From: Desulfocapsa sulfexigens DSM 10523
GTDB taxonomy: Bacteria; Desulfobacterota; Desulfobulbia; Desulfobulbales; Desulfocapsaceae
Direction of reading: 5' to 3'
Length of the DNA stretch: 32,000 nucleotides
Assembly (NCBI RefSeq): GCF_000341395.1
Contig: NC_020304.1
Location: forward strand, 1,680,001 to 1,712,000
The notes under the pieces were generated by a model, which was not told the DNA's origin, searched no databases, and worked only from the letters and a program-made list of their open reading frames with translations. The translations under genes were made by a program, and so were the position numbers. Of the stretch, positions 1 to 7,565 are shown piece after piece. Each line of letters starts with the position of its first letter. The first letter of the stretch is position 1.

Positions 1-298
1 TCATAAGAAATGGTGGACTGTTTTTGGACTGTACCTGGTGATGCTGCTTATATCCACGGTTGCAGCTATTCCTCTCGGGTTGGGCCTGATATGGGTTATT
101 CCGATGTACTTTGTTCTTGTCGGTGTCCTTTATGTACATCTTTTTGGTATCGATGAAAGTATTGAAGAAGAGTTGGATGAAGATCCTGAGGAATATTTTG
201 AGGATGATGAAGAAGAGTATGAAGAGAGCTCAGATGATGAGTCTGAAGAACAAGATACTGAGCTGAAGGAGCCTTTCGTGGAGCCGGAAAGTAAATAG
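1..298 (+). CDS. 3' end of a membrane protein gene (runs off the left edge) with an extremely acidic C-terminal tail
   Basis: The frame is open from nt 2 (HKKWWTVFGLYLV...). Hydrophobic helices are followed by about 50 aa of D/E-rich tail (EEELDEDPEEYFEDDEEEYEESSDDESEEQD). Stop TAG at 296-298. Confidence 0.6.
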   Translation, partial: HKKWWTVFGLYLVMLLISTVAAIPLGLGLIWVIPMYFVLVGVLYVHLFGIDESIEEELDEDPEEYFEDDEEEYEESSDDESEEQDTELKEPFVEPESK

Positions 299-363
299 TC
301 TGTTTGTTATGTAGTAGTTCAGGTAGTGTGAAATGGTTGTGCGAGAGCAGCAGGAGATGGAAA

Positions 364-1248
364 ATGCGTTCCCTTAAGGTCCATCTCCTGATGTTTATCT
401 GTGCGGCTATTGTTTCCGGTTCTTTTCCGGTGGTGGCAGCTATCAGTCATGCCCTCGACCCCATCGTTCTCACCCTGATTCGTTTTGCTCTCGCCACCAT
501 CGTTTTTGCCCCAATCGTCTGGGTTCGTTACAGTTTTGTGATCTCTCCCGGGACTTTTTTCCGTTATTCTCTGATTTCTGCCACCCTGGTCTTTTTCTTC
601 TGGTGTATGTTTCTCTCGCTTCGTTATACAACTGCCTTAAGCAGCAGTGCGATTTATACCATCGTTCCTGGTCTGGCCGGTGTCTACGCCATGCTTATCA
701 ACAAGGAAAGACTTGGGAGAGCACGTTTGATAGCTCTTTTTTTAGGAATAGCAGGAGCCCTGTGGATAATTTTTAAAGGGGATGTTGCTTTGCTTGCAGA
801 ATTTTCCTGGAATAGAGGAGATCTGATCTTTCTTGCTGGTTGTTTTTTTGTCGGCCTGTATGGCCCACTGGTTGGCTTGTTTCATCGGGGCGAGCCTATG
901 CTGCAGATGTCCTTCTGGATCATGTTTACCGGTACCTTGTGGTTGCTTCTGCTGGCAGGGTCCAGATTGTCAGATGTCTCCTGGGCTAGTGTTTCCCTAG
1001 AGGTCTGGACCGGTATTGTCTACCTCGCAGTTTTTTCTACCAGCATTACGTTTTTTCTTACACAGTATTCCATTCTCTTTCTTGGTCCCACCCGAGTTAT
1101 GGCATACTCTTATCTCAATCCTGCATTTGTTCTTGTGCTTGACCTGTTTTTTTATGGAACATGGCCGGGAGTGCGAATTCTTCCAGGTGTTCTTATTGTT
1201 TTGGCAGCCATGGTGGTCGTACAGCGGATGAAGTCTCCAGGTAAATAA
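364..1248 (+). CDS. EamA/DMT-family (drug/metabolite) transporter, about 10 TM helices
   Basis: Uniformly hydrophobic 294-aa product with two-fold EamA-like repeat organisation. ATG 364 is preceded by AGGAG (about 351-355). The track start at 304 is a TTG with no SD. Confidence 0.85.
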   Translation: MRSLKVHLLMFICAAIVSGSFPVVAAISHALDPIVLTLIRFALATIVFAPIVWVRYSFVISPGTFFRYSLISATLVFFFWCMFLSLRYTTALSSSAIYTIVPGLAGVYAMLINKERLGRARLIALFLGIAGALWIIFKGDVALLAEFSWNRGDLIFLAGCFFVGLYGPLVGLFHRGEPMLQMSFWIMFTGTLWLLLLAGSRLSDVSWASVSLEVWTGIVYLAVFSTSITFFLTQYSILFLGPTRVMAYSYLNPAFVLVLDLFFYGTWPGVRILPGVLIVLAAMVVVQRMKSPGK

Positions 1249-1367
1249 TACTTTTCTTCTGTTTTAAAAAAAATATTTGTGTTTTGCCCTCTTCAGCACA
1301 TATACTTCAGGTATCTATTTGTTGAGACGGTAAGCGTTGAGTATACATTAAAAATCGGGAGAACAGC

Positions 1368-3512
1368 ATGTTGCGAAAATTTCTACCACAAAGTGTTAAA
1401 TTCAGGCTGCTAGGGTTAATAGGGGTTTCATTCTGTCTCCTGATTGGTGCCACAGTCTTTCTGACGGCAATGGAACGGAAAAAGACATTTCTGCAGGCAG
1501 AGGAGTTACGACTTGAGGCCAGGTATAGCGGGGTGCAAAAGGCATTTGAGGATGAGGCAACCTCTGCAACGGCTATGGCTCTTGTGGTTGCTGCCATGCC
1601 TGATGTTCAGGAGGCATTTTCTTCCCGTAATCGGGAAGAATTGACAGCATTGACTCTTCCTTTTTTTAACAGTCAAAAGGAACGGCTCTCACTGGCGCAG
1701 TTCCAGTTTCACCTTCCACCCGCAACTTCCTTTCTGAGACTTCATAAACCAGAGAAATTTGACGATGATCTTTCTTCTATTCGTCAAACGGTGGTTGAAG
1801 TAAACAGAACCAAAAAGCCAATTTCAGGGATTGAAAAAGGTGTTGCCGGCCTTGGAATAAGGGGAGTGGTTCCTGTAGCAATGAACGGGAGCCATATAGG
1901 CTCCGTGGAGTTTGGCATAAAACTCAATGATGCTCTGCTTATGCCCCTGAAGGAGACCTTGGGGGTTGATATATCAGTGGTTGTCCCCGAGGGGCAGGGG
2001 TTTAAATATCTGGCTAAAACGCACTCTCTGGACATTCCTCAAAAGAGTTTTCCCTGGCTCAGTAAGATGATGAAGGCCGAGGACCTTCAGTTTAAGCAGG
2101 TTCATAAAAATGGCAAAGATTTGATGACCGTTTATGGCCCCCTCAAAGATTACAGTGGGGAAACCATAGGCGTGCTTGCCATTCCAGCAGATATTACTAA
2201 GACCATGGCAGCCATCAGGATGAACGTGTACAAGATGGTTGGTGGTGGCATTGCTGTTCTTCTTGTCACCATGCTTGCAATATATCTGCTGATGAACTCT
2301 CTTATTGTTAATCCGCTAAAGGAGCTGGTTGGAAAATTTCAACTGGCAGGAATGGGTGACCTTACCGTTGATGTTGAGAGTAAAAGGCTCTGTTCGGTCA
2401 ATTGTTCGGAAGAAATGGAATGCGGGAATCCGGAGTGTTCAAGTTATGGGAAGGTTACTAACTGCTGGGAGCAGAGTGGCTCTTTTTCATCGAAGGTGGA
2501 GTGCCCAAAAATTTTAAAGGGAGAGTATAAGAGTTGCCGTGAATGTCGTCTGTATAAAGAAAATGTAATGGATGAGTTTGCAGAGCTTGCTACTACTTTT
2601 AATTCATTTTTGCACAATGTCCGCCGTATGGTCATTGATATTCAGGGAAGTGTTGAGGATACTACAAACGCCTCAGCCGAATTGTCAGCACTCTCGGACG
2701 GTATGCAGAAAGGCGCAGTAGCGGCATCGGAACGGACTAATACCGTTGCCGCTGCAGCTGAAGAGATGAGCGCAAATATGAACTCCGTTGCTGCTGCCAG
2801 TGAAGAGGCCTCTACCAATGTGAACATGGTCGCCACTGCCACGGAAGAGATGACAGCAACTATTTCTGAAATTGCAAAAAACACCGATGAAGCCAGTTCG
2901 ATCGCTACAAAGGCTGTGGCTCAGGCAGCATCTGCCTCTGGAAAAGTTGACGTCCTTGGTGATGCAGCCATTGAGATCAGCAAGGTGACGGAGGTGATTT
3001 CTGATATTTCTGCTCAGACTAATCTTCTGGCATTGAATGCTACCATAGAAGCGGCAAGAGCTGGAGAGGCCGGTAAGGGCTTTGCAGTTGTTGCAAATGA
3101 GATTAAAGAGCTTGCTCGTCAGACCTCAGATGCTACTCAGAAAATCAAACAGCAAATTGAAGGAATACAGAGTTCTACCAATGAGACTGTAACTGAAATA
3201 CGTGATATTACGGATATCATCCATCAGGTTAATGCTATTGTTGGTACAATAGCTACAGCCATTGATGAACAGGCCGCCACCACCGCTGAGATTGGCAGCA
3301 ATGTGCAGCAGGCAGCTCTGGGTATTTCCGAGGTCAATGAAAATGTTGCCCATACATCAACCGTGGCAGGAGAAGTCGCAGGAGATATTAACCGGATAAG
3401 TGCTGTTACAGAAGAGATTATAACCAGTTCCGAGAGGGTCAACGGCAGTGCTGATGCCCTGTCCAAGCTTGCTGGAAAACTTGGAGAGATGATACGTCGT
3501 TTTAAAGTGTAA
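1368..3512 (+). CDS. Methyl-accepting chemotaxis protein: N-terminal TM, Cache-like periplasmic domain, TM, HAMP, Cys-rich insert, MCP signalling domain
   Basis: Highly conserved MCP hairpin region ([37 protein letters not shown]). A/S/T/E-rich methylation helices. Two TM segments flank a roughly 260-aa extracytoplasmic domain with a Cache-like motif ([25 protein letters not shown]...[17 protein letters not shown]). Confidence 0.95.
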   Translation: MLRKFLPQSVKFRLLGLIGVSFCLLIGATVFLTAMERKKTFLQAEELRLEARYSGVQKAFEDEATSATAMALVVAAMPDVQEAFSSRNREELTALTLPFFNSQKERLSLAQFQFHLPPATSFLRLHKPEKFDDDLSSIRQTVVEVNRTKKPISGIEKGVAGLGIRGVVPVAMNGSHIGSVEFGIKLNDALLMPLKETLGVDISVVVPEGQGFKYLAKTHSLDIPQKSFPWLSKMMKAEDLQFKQVHKNGKDLMTVYGPLKDYSGETIGVLAIPADITKTMAAIRMNVYKMVGGGIAVLLVTMLAIYLLMNSLIVNPLKELVGKFQLAGMGDLTVDVESKRLCSVNCSEEMECGNPECSSYGKVTNCWEQSGSFSSKVECPKILKGEYKSCRECRLYKENVMDEFAELATTFNSFLHNVRRMVIDIQGSVEDTTNASAELSALSDGMQKGAVAASERTNTVAAAAEEMSANMNSVAAASEEASTNVNMVATATEEMTATISEIAKNTDEASSIATKAVAQAASASGKVDVLGDAAIEISKVTEVISDISAQTNLLALNATIEAARAGEAGKGFAVVANEIKELARQTSDATQKIKQQIEGIQSSTNETVTEIRDITDIIHQVNAIVGTIATAIDEQAATTAEIGSNVQQAALGISEVNENVAHTSTVAGEVAGDINRISAVTEEIITSSERVNGSADALSKLAGKLGEMIRRFKV

Positions 3513-3593
3513 CGTATTTGGCTTTTGGATTTGTTAAAAACGTTTTTTGGACATTGAGGTGGGGATTTTTTTCGTCCTCGGTGAACAGTAATT

Positions 3594-4697
3594 ATGAAGA
3601 AAAAACATCTTGTTCTGGCTGGTGCCGGTCATGCCCATATGGTAACCATGGCTGGCATTGCAGATTTCAGAAGCCTTGGTCATGAAGTGACGGTTGTCGG
3701 TCCATCGGATCATCATTACTATTCAGGGATGGGGCCAGGAATGCTTGGTAGCGGCTATGACCCCGAGGAAATCCGTTTTGCCGTGAGGCGTACTGTTGAA
3801 AGTCAGGGCGGAACCTTTATCCGGGATACGGTAACGGGGGTTGCCCCGGGCAGGCGTGAGTTGCATCTGGAGTCAGGCCAGGTTGTTTCCTATGATGTGC
3901 TTTCCTTTAATACCGGTAGTCATGTGGACATGCCGGATATTCGAGGAAATGCAAACCGAATATTCACCGTTAAACCCATTGAACGCCTGTACCAGGCTCG
4001 GACAGAGATTTTATCTCTGTCGCAACGGCAGGATGTGACCGTTGCTGTAATTGGTGGTGGGCCGGCGGGTGCTGAGGTGGCTGGGAACGTAGCGGAGCTT
4101 CTTGAGAAGACCGATTATCCTGCAAAGGTGTTTTTGTTTGCCGGACGTGGTCTGCTTGCAAAATTTCCTGCGGCTGTGCGCAGCACCAGTCGTGGGATCC
4201 TTACTAAATATGGAGTGGTTATCAGGGAGGAGGGGCATCTGCTGTCTATTACCGATAATCTTCTGCAGTTTGATTCAGGATCGACTGAGCTCGCCGATTT
4301 TGTCATTCTGGCAACTGGGGTACATCCTTCTCCTTTTTTTCGGAAGGCGGGCCTCCGCACAGGAGAAGACGGAGGGCTACTGGTGAACAAATATTTGCAA
4401 TGTCCCGATTATCCAGAAATTTTTGGTGGCGGGGATTGCATCTGGTTTGAGGATCAACCTCTTGCCAAAGTGGGTGTCTATGCGGTACGTGAAAATCCCG
4501 TACTCTTTCACAACCTGAAGGCATTCCTTCAGGGAGATGCACTACAGTCCTTTGATCCCGGTGGGGATTATCTTCTAATTTTTAACCTCGGTCATGGTCA
4601 GGGTGTTTTGCGTAAAAAGTGGTTTCAGATATCGGGGAAAGTTGCGTTCTGGGTTAAAGATTGGATAGACAGGAAATTTATGCGCACTTTTCAGTAA
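3594..4697 (+). CDS. FAD/NAD(P)-dependent pyridine nucleotide-disulfide oxidoreductase family protein (NDH-2/SQR-like fold)
   Basis: N-terminal Rossmann motif HLVLAGAGHAH, second dinucleotide motif VAVIGGGPAGAEVAG, and C-terminal FAD motif IFGGGDC. Confidence 0.85.
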   Translation: MKKKHLVLAGAGHAHMVTMAGIADFRSLGHEVTVVGPSDHHYYSGMGPGMLGSGYDPEEIRFAVRRTVESQGGTFIRDTVTGVAPGRRELHLESGQVVSYDVLSFNTGSHVDMPDIRGNANRIFTVKPIERLYQARTEILSLSQRQDVTVAVIGGGPAGAEVAGNVAELLEKTDYPAKVFLFAGRGLLAKFPAAVRSTSRGILTKYGVVIREEGHLLSITDNLLQFDSGSTELADFVILATGVHPSPFFRKAGLRTGEDGGLLVNKYLQCPDYPEIFGGGDCIWFEDQPLAKVGVYAVRENPVLFHNLKAFLQGDALQSFDPGGDYLLIFNLGHGQGVLRKKWFQISGKVAFWVKDWIDRKFMRTFQ

Positions 4698-4744
4698 GAA
4701 CAGGACGTTGTGGGCTTAGTAAGAAAAAAAGAGGGAGAGTTGAA

Positions 4745-5083
4745 ATGAAGGTTGACTGGCTGTATTTCCGTAAAGGTTGAACATCGTGCACTAAAGCCCA
4801 GGGGGCCCTTGAGCTGGCAGATGTGGAGATAGGTGAAATTGCTGATGCGCGAAAAAATGTGATTAAGGCTGATGCTGCCTGGGATATTATAAAGAATATT
4901 AAAACGTTGCATGTTGGAAAGGGTAAGAAAAATGTCGTTTTTGCTCCCGATGCGGATTTCAGAGATGAAATACTGAAGGTTACTCTTGGTCGTACAGGAA
5001 ACCTGAGAGCACCTGCCTTACGTATCGGAAAACGTATGTATGTTGGCTATAATGATACAATGTATGAGGAGTTGATCGGATGA
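4745..5083 (+). CDS. ArsC/Spx-family redox protein, predicted selenoprotein (in-frame TGA 4778-4780; U-T-S-C motif)
   Basis: ATG 4745 with SD GAGGGAGAG (4731-4739). It reads MKVDWLYFRKG-TGA-TSCTKAQGALE..., in the same frame as and contiguous with track ORF 4823..5083. The TGA sits where the first Cys of the Spx-type CxxC lies. The stop overlaps the next start (ATGA at 5080-5083). Confidence 0.8.
4796..4818 (+). promoter_or_regulatory. Candidate SECIS hairpin for the TGA at 4778
   Basis: GC(C)CAG / CTGGC stem with one bulged C and a 12-nt G-rich loop GGGGCCCTTGAG, starting 16 nt after the TGA. Confidence 0.4.
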
Positions 5084-5892
5084 ATTGGAAAAATCTGTTT
5101 GTCTCAGGGGCGAATATGAGCCCCGATGAAGTGAAGAACTTTATGGCTGAGCACAAGCCAGGGGACTACCAACTGCTCGATGTTCGGCAACCCAAGGAGT
5201 ATGAAAAGGAACATATCCCGGGAGCGCTTCTTATTCCTATAAAAGAGCTGAGAGAGCGTATAGGTGAGTTGGATCCAACGAAACCAACCTTTGTCTACTG
5301 ACATTCCGGAGTACGCAGCAAGGCTGCTGCGCAGTTATTACTGGCCGAGAATTTGCCTCATATTTACAATATGAGTGGCGGTATTATTGCCTATAATGGT
5401 GGGAAAGCTGTTGGTGATGAGGCCTTTGGCATGGAGTTTTTTGTCAGTGGGGAATTCAGCGATGTTTTTCGAATGAGTTACGCCATGGAAGAGGGGCTGC
5501 GGCAACTCTATTTGACCTTGAAGGATCTCTGCGAGGACAAAGAGGTCAAGGACCTTCTCGCCAGGTTGGCGCGGTTTGAAGAAGGGCACAAGGCAAAGTT
5601 AAAAGCCCTCTTTCCTGAGGTGGACGAAAAGGGTGGTGAGAACGACTTGAATACTCTTGAGGGGGGGTACAATAAACAGCAGCTACTCGATCATTTCAAA
5701 TCACGGGTTGTTGCCCAAAATGATGTTATTCAGCTTGGTATGATGCTTGAAACCCAGGCCTATGATTTGTACAGTCGTCTGGCCAAGAAAGCTGAAAATC
5801 CTGAGTCCAAAGAGTTCTTCGAGTTTATGGTTGGTGAGGAAAAACAGCATCTTGTTTTTCTCAGTAATGAGTATGATAAAGTCCTGGGCTAA
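5080..5892 (+). CDS. Rhodanese-domain protein with predicted selenocysteine in the active-site loop (TGA 5299-5301), fused to a C-terminal ferritin/rubrerythrin-like diiron domain
   Basis: Track ORFs 5080..5301 and 5353..5892 are in the same frame and separated only by TGA. Read-through gives ...KPTFVY-U-HSGVRSKAAAQLL..., which is the rhodanese C-x-x-G-x-R-S loop with U at the Cys position. The C-terminal half carries E / ExxH / E / ExxH (AMEEG, FEEGH, MLETQ, GEEKQH). Confidence 0.85.
5314..5331 (+). promoter_or_regulatory. Candidate SECIS hairpin for the TGA at 5299
   Basis: Perfect 7-bp stem CGCAGCA / TGCTGCG with loop AGGC, starting 13 nt after the TGA. Confidence 0.6.
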
Positions 5893-5900
5893 AACCATTT

Positions 5901-5925
5901 ATGCCCGACAGTCTCTGTCGGGCAT
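5901..5925 (+). terminator. Stem-loop ending the oxidoreductase/selenoprotein operon
   Basis: Perfect 11-bp stem ATGCCCGACAG tct CTGTCGGGCAT, 9 nt after the stop. There is no clean T-run, so terminator efficiency is uncertain. Confidence 0.55.
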
Positions 5926-6118
5926 TCAAAAATCCAGCTCAGTTATTACGTTCCACTGTTGTTCCCTCCGTAGTTTTCATTCTAATAGCTAAAACTAAAT
6001 AAATGCGATTGAGTTCAGGGGGAGCCTGTCCGGTTCTGTGTCAGTATCCCCAGGTTTCTGTGGTATATCTCTCCCTGTTGCCGGGAATATATTTGGTGGG
6101 CGAGCGATTAAAAAAGTC

Positions 6119-6162
6119 TTGACCTGCTAAGGATTACTACTTACAGTTAGAAATTATTATCG
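6119..6162 (+). promoter_or_regulatory. Sigma70-like promoter with an overlapping Fur-family-type AT-rich box upstream of the Fur/PerR-like gene
   Basis: TTGACC (6119-6124), a 17-nt spacer, then TACAGT (6142-6147). This is followed immediately by TAGAAATTATTATCG, whose reverse complement cGATAATAATTtct resembles a Fur/PerR half-box. Confidence 0.45.
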
Positions 6163-6174
6163 TAAGGAGGGGAT

Positions 6175-6828
6175 ATGCAATTACGAATGACAAACCAGCG
6201 CGAGATGATCCTTCGGGAACTCAAGAAAAGCAAAAAACATCTAACGGCTGATGAGCTATACGAGCGGGTGAAAAAATTTATGCCGCGTATCAGCCTGGCA
6301 ACGGTATACAGGAATCTTGAGATCCTGTCCGATGCTGCAATGATCCGTAAACTTGAGATCAGTGGGCGGCAGAAACGCTTTGACAGTGAACTTGAAGATC
6401 ATGACCACATTTACTGTATCCAGTGTCATCGAATAGAGAATCTGGATATTGGGGAAAATGAGGTGACCCTGGGTGCTGTTGACACAAAGGGCTATGAAAT
6501 CACCGGACGTCGTTTGGAGGTGATTGGTTTGTGTCCCAAGTGTCAGGAAAAACAAACAAAAACAAATATAAAAGCTAAGAAAGGAGAGACTACAATGGCG
6601 TGCGGGTGTAAAAAAGGTGAGTTGAGTGGTGAACAGAAACAGGTCCTTGAGGCAATGGCTAATTGTGAGGGGCCCTGTGCTTCAAAAGATATTGCAACAG
6701 CAACTGGTCTTGAGACTAAACAGGTAAGTTGTCGGATCACAGCGCTCAAGAAAAAAGGATATGTGGACAGTCCGGTACGCTGTAAGTATGGGATTACCAG
6801 TGAAGGCAGGGCTGCCCTTAAGGGTTGA
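6175..6828 (+). CDS. Fur-family (PerR-like by context) metalloregulator with an in-frame 77-aa Cys-rich winged-helix C-terminal extension
   Basis: Residues 1-127 form a complete Fur-family protein (HTH, HDH, CIQC, CPKC). The frame stays open into MACGCKKGELSGEQKQVLEAMANCEGPCASKDIATATGLETKQVSCRITALKKKGYVDSPVRCKYGITSEGRAALKG. That segment has its own SD (AAGGAGAG 6580-6587) and ATG (6595). Confidence 0.85.
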   Translation: MQLRMTNQREMILRELKKSKKHLTADELYERVKKFMPRISLATVYRNLEILSDAAMIRKLEISGRQKRFDSELEDHDHIYCIQCHRIENLDIGENEVTLGAVDTKGYEITGRRLEVIGLCPKCQEKQTKTNIKAKKGETTMACGCKKGELSGEQKQVLEAMANCEGPCASKDIATATGLETKQVSCRITALKKKGYVDSPVRCKYGITSEGRAALKG

Positions 6829-6848
6829 TACGTATTTTAAGGTGTAGC

Positions 6849-7424
6849 ATGAGCAGTTTGAAAGGCAGTAAAACAGAAAAAAACATTCTTGTGGCTTTTG
6901 CCGGGGAATCGCAGGCAAGGAACAGATATTCGTATTATGCCAAGGTGGCTAAAAATGAGGGATATGTTCAGATTTCTGGGATTTTTAGTCGTACCGCAGA
7001 GCAGGAGCGGGCACATGCGAAAACCCTTTTGAAATTTCTTGAAGGCGGTGAGGTTGAAATTACAGCATCCTATCCTGTGACGCCTCCAGGTACTACAGTA
7101 GAGAATCTCCAGAATGCTGCCTCAGGAGAAGAACATGAATATAAAGCCATGTATCCCGAGTTTGCTGCGATTGCAGAAGAGGAAGGTTTTCCTCATGTGG
7201 CTGCAGCCATGCGTTCCATAGCTGTAGCTGAAAAAGAGCACGCAAGGGTTTATCGACGCCTTATTTCAAACATTAAGGCGGGTGCAGTGTTTGAGAGGGA
7301 TGTGGAGGTAACCTGGTATTGCGCAAAATGCGGTTTTGTCCATAGGGGGCTGAAGGCGCCGAAAAAATGTCCTGCCTGTGCCCATTCCCAGGCTTATTTT
7401 GAGATTCTGGTAGATAATATATAA
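6849..7424 (+). CDS. rbr: Rubrerythrin (diiron four-helix bundle plus C-terminal rubredoxin-like FeCys4 domain)
   Basis: N-terminus LKGSKTEKNILVAFAGESQARNRYSYYA, ExxH motifs (EQERAH, AEKEHA), and C-terminal CAKCG...CPAC. ATG 6849 follows AAGGTG. Confidence 0.95.
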   Translation: MSSLKGSKTEKNILVAFAGESQARNRYSYYAKVAKNEGYVQISGIFSRTAEQERAHAKTLLKFLEGGEVEITASYPVTPPGTTVENLQNAASGEEHEYKAMYPEFAAIAEEEGFPHVAAAMRSIAVAEKEHARVYRRLISNIKAGAVFERDVEVTWYCAKCGFVHRGLKAPKKCPACAHSQAYFEILVDNI

Positions 7425-7565
7425 GCCTTGTGGAAAGCCTCTTTATTTTTTTTGAAATGTCCCGACAGGGGATTTTCGTCCCACAAAGGGGTATTGAAAA
7501 AAAGTACCGGCTCTCTACGTTGCCGGTGTAAGTAGATTACTAATTAATAAAACTGTTGGAGATAT

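Noticed and set aside
304-363. TTG start extending the EamA transporter by 20 aa
   Set aside because: The extension (MLCSSSGSVKWLCESSRRWK) is not hydrophobic or signal-like and has no SD, whereas ATG 364 follows AGGAG.
4778-5301. The two in-frame TGA codons (4778-4780 and 5299-5301) taken as genuine stops, pseudogene lesions or sequencing errors
   Set aside because: Both fall exactly on the catalytic Cys position of a recognisable redox motif (x-T-S-C and x-H-S-G-V-R-S). Both are followed at 13-16 nt by a hairpin. Coding-like sequence continues in the same frame on both sides. Two independent nonsense lesions at active-site Cys codons of adjacent genes would be a remarkable coincidence. This still needs confirmation by homolog alignment.
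7425-7500. An intrinsic terminator after rbr
   Set aside because: A T-run (about 7440-7452) is present, but I could not find a convincing preceding stem. Only a 4-bp TCCC/GGGA pairing is seen near 7461-7474. It is left unannotated.
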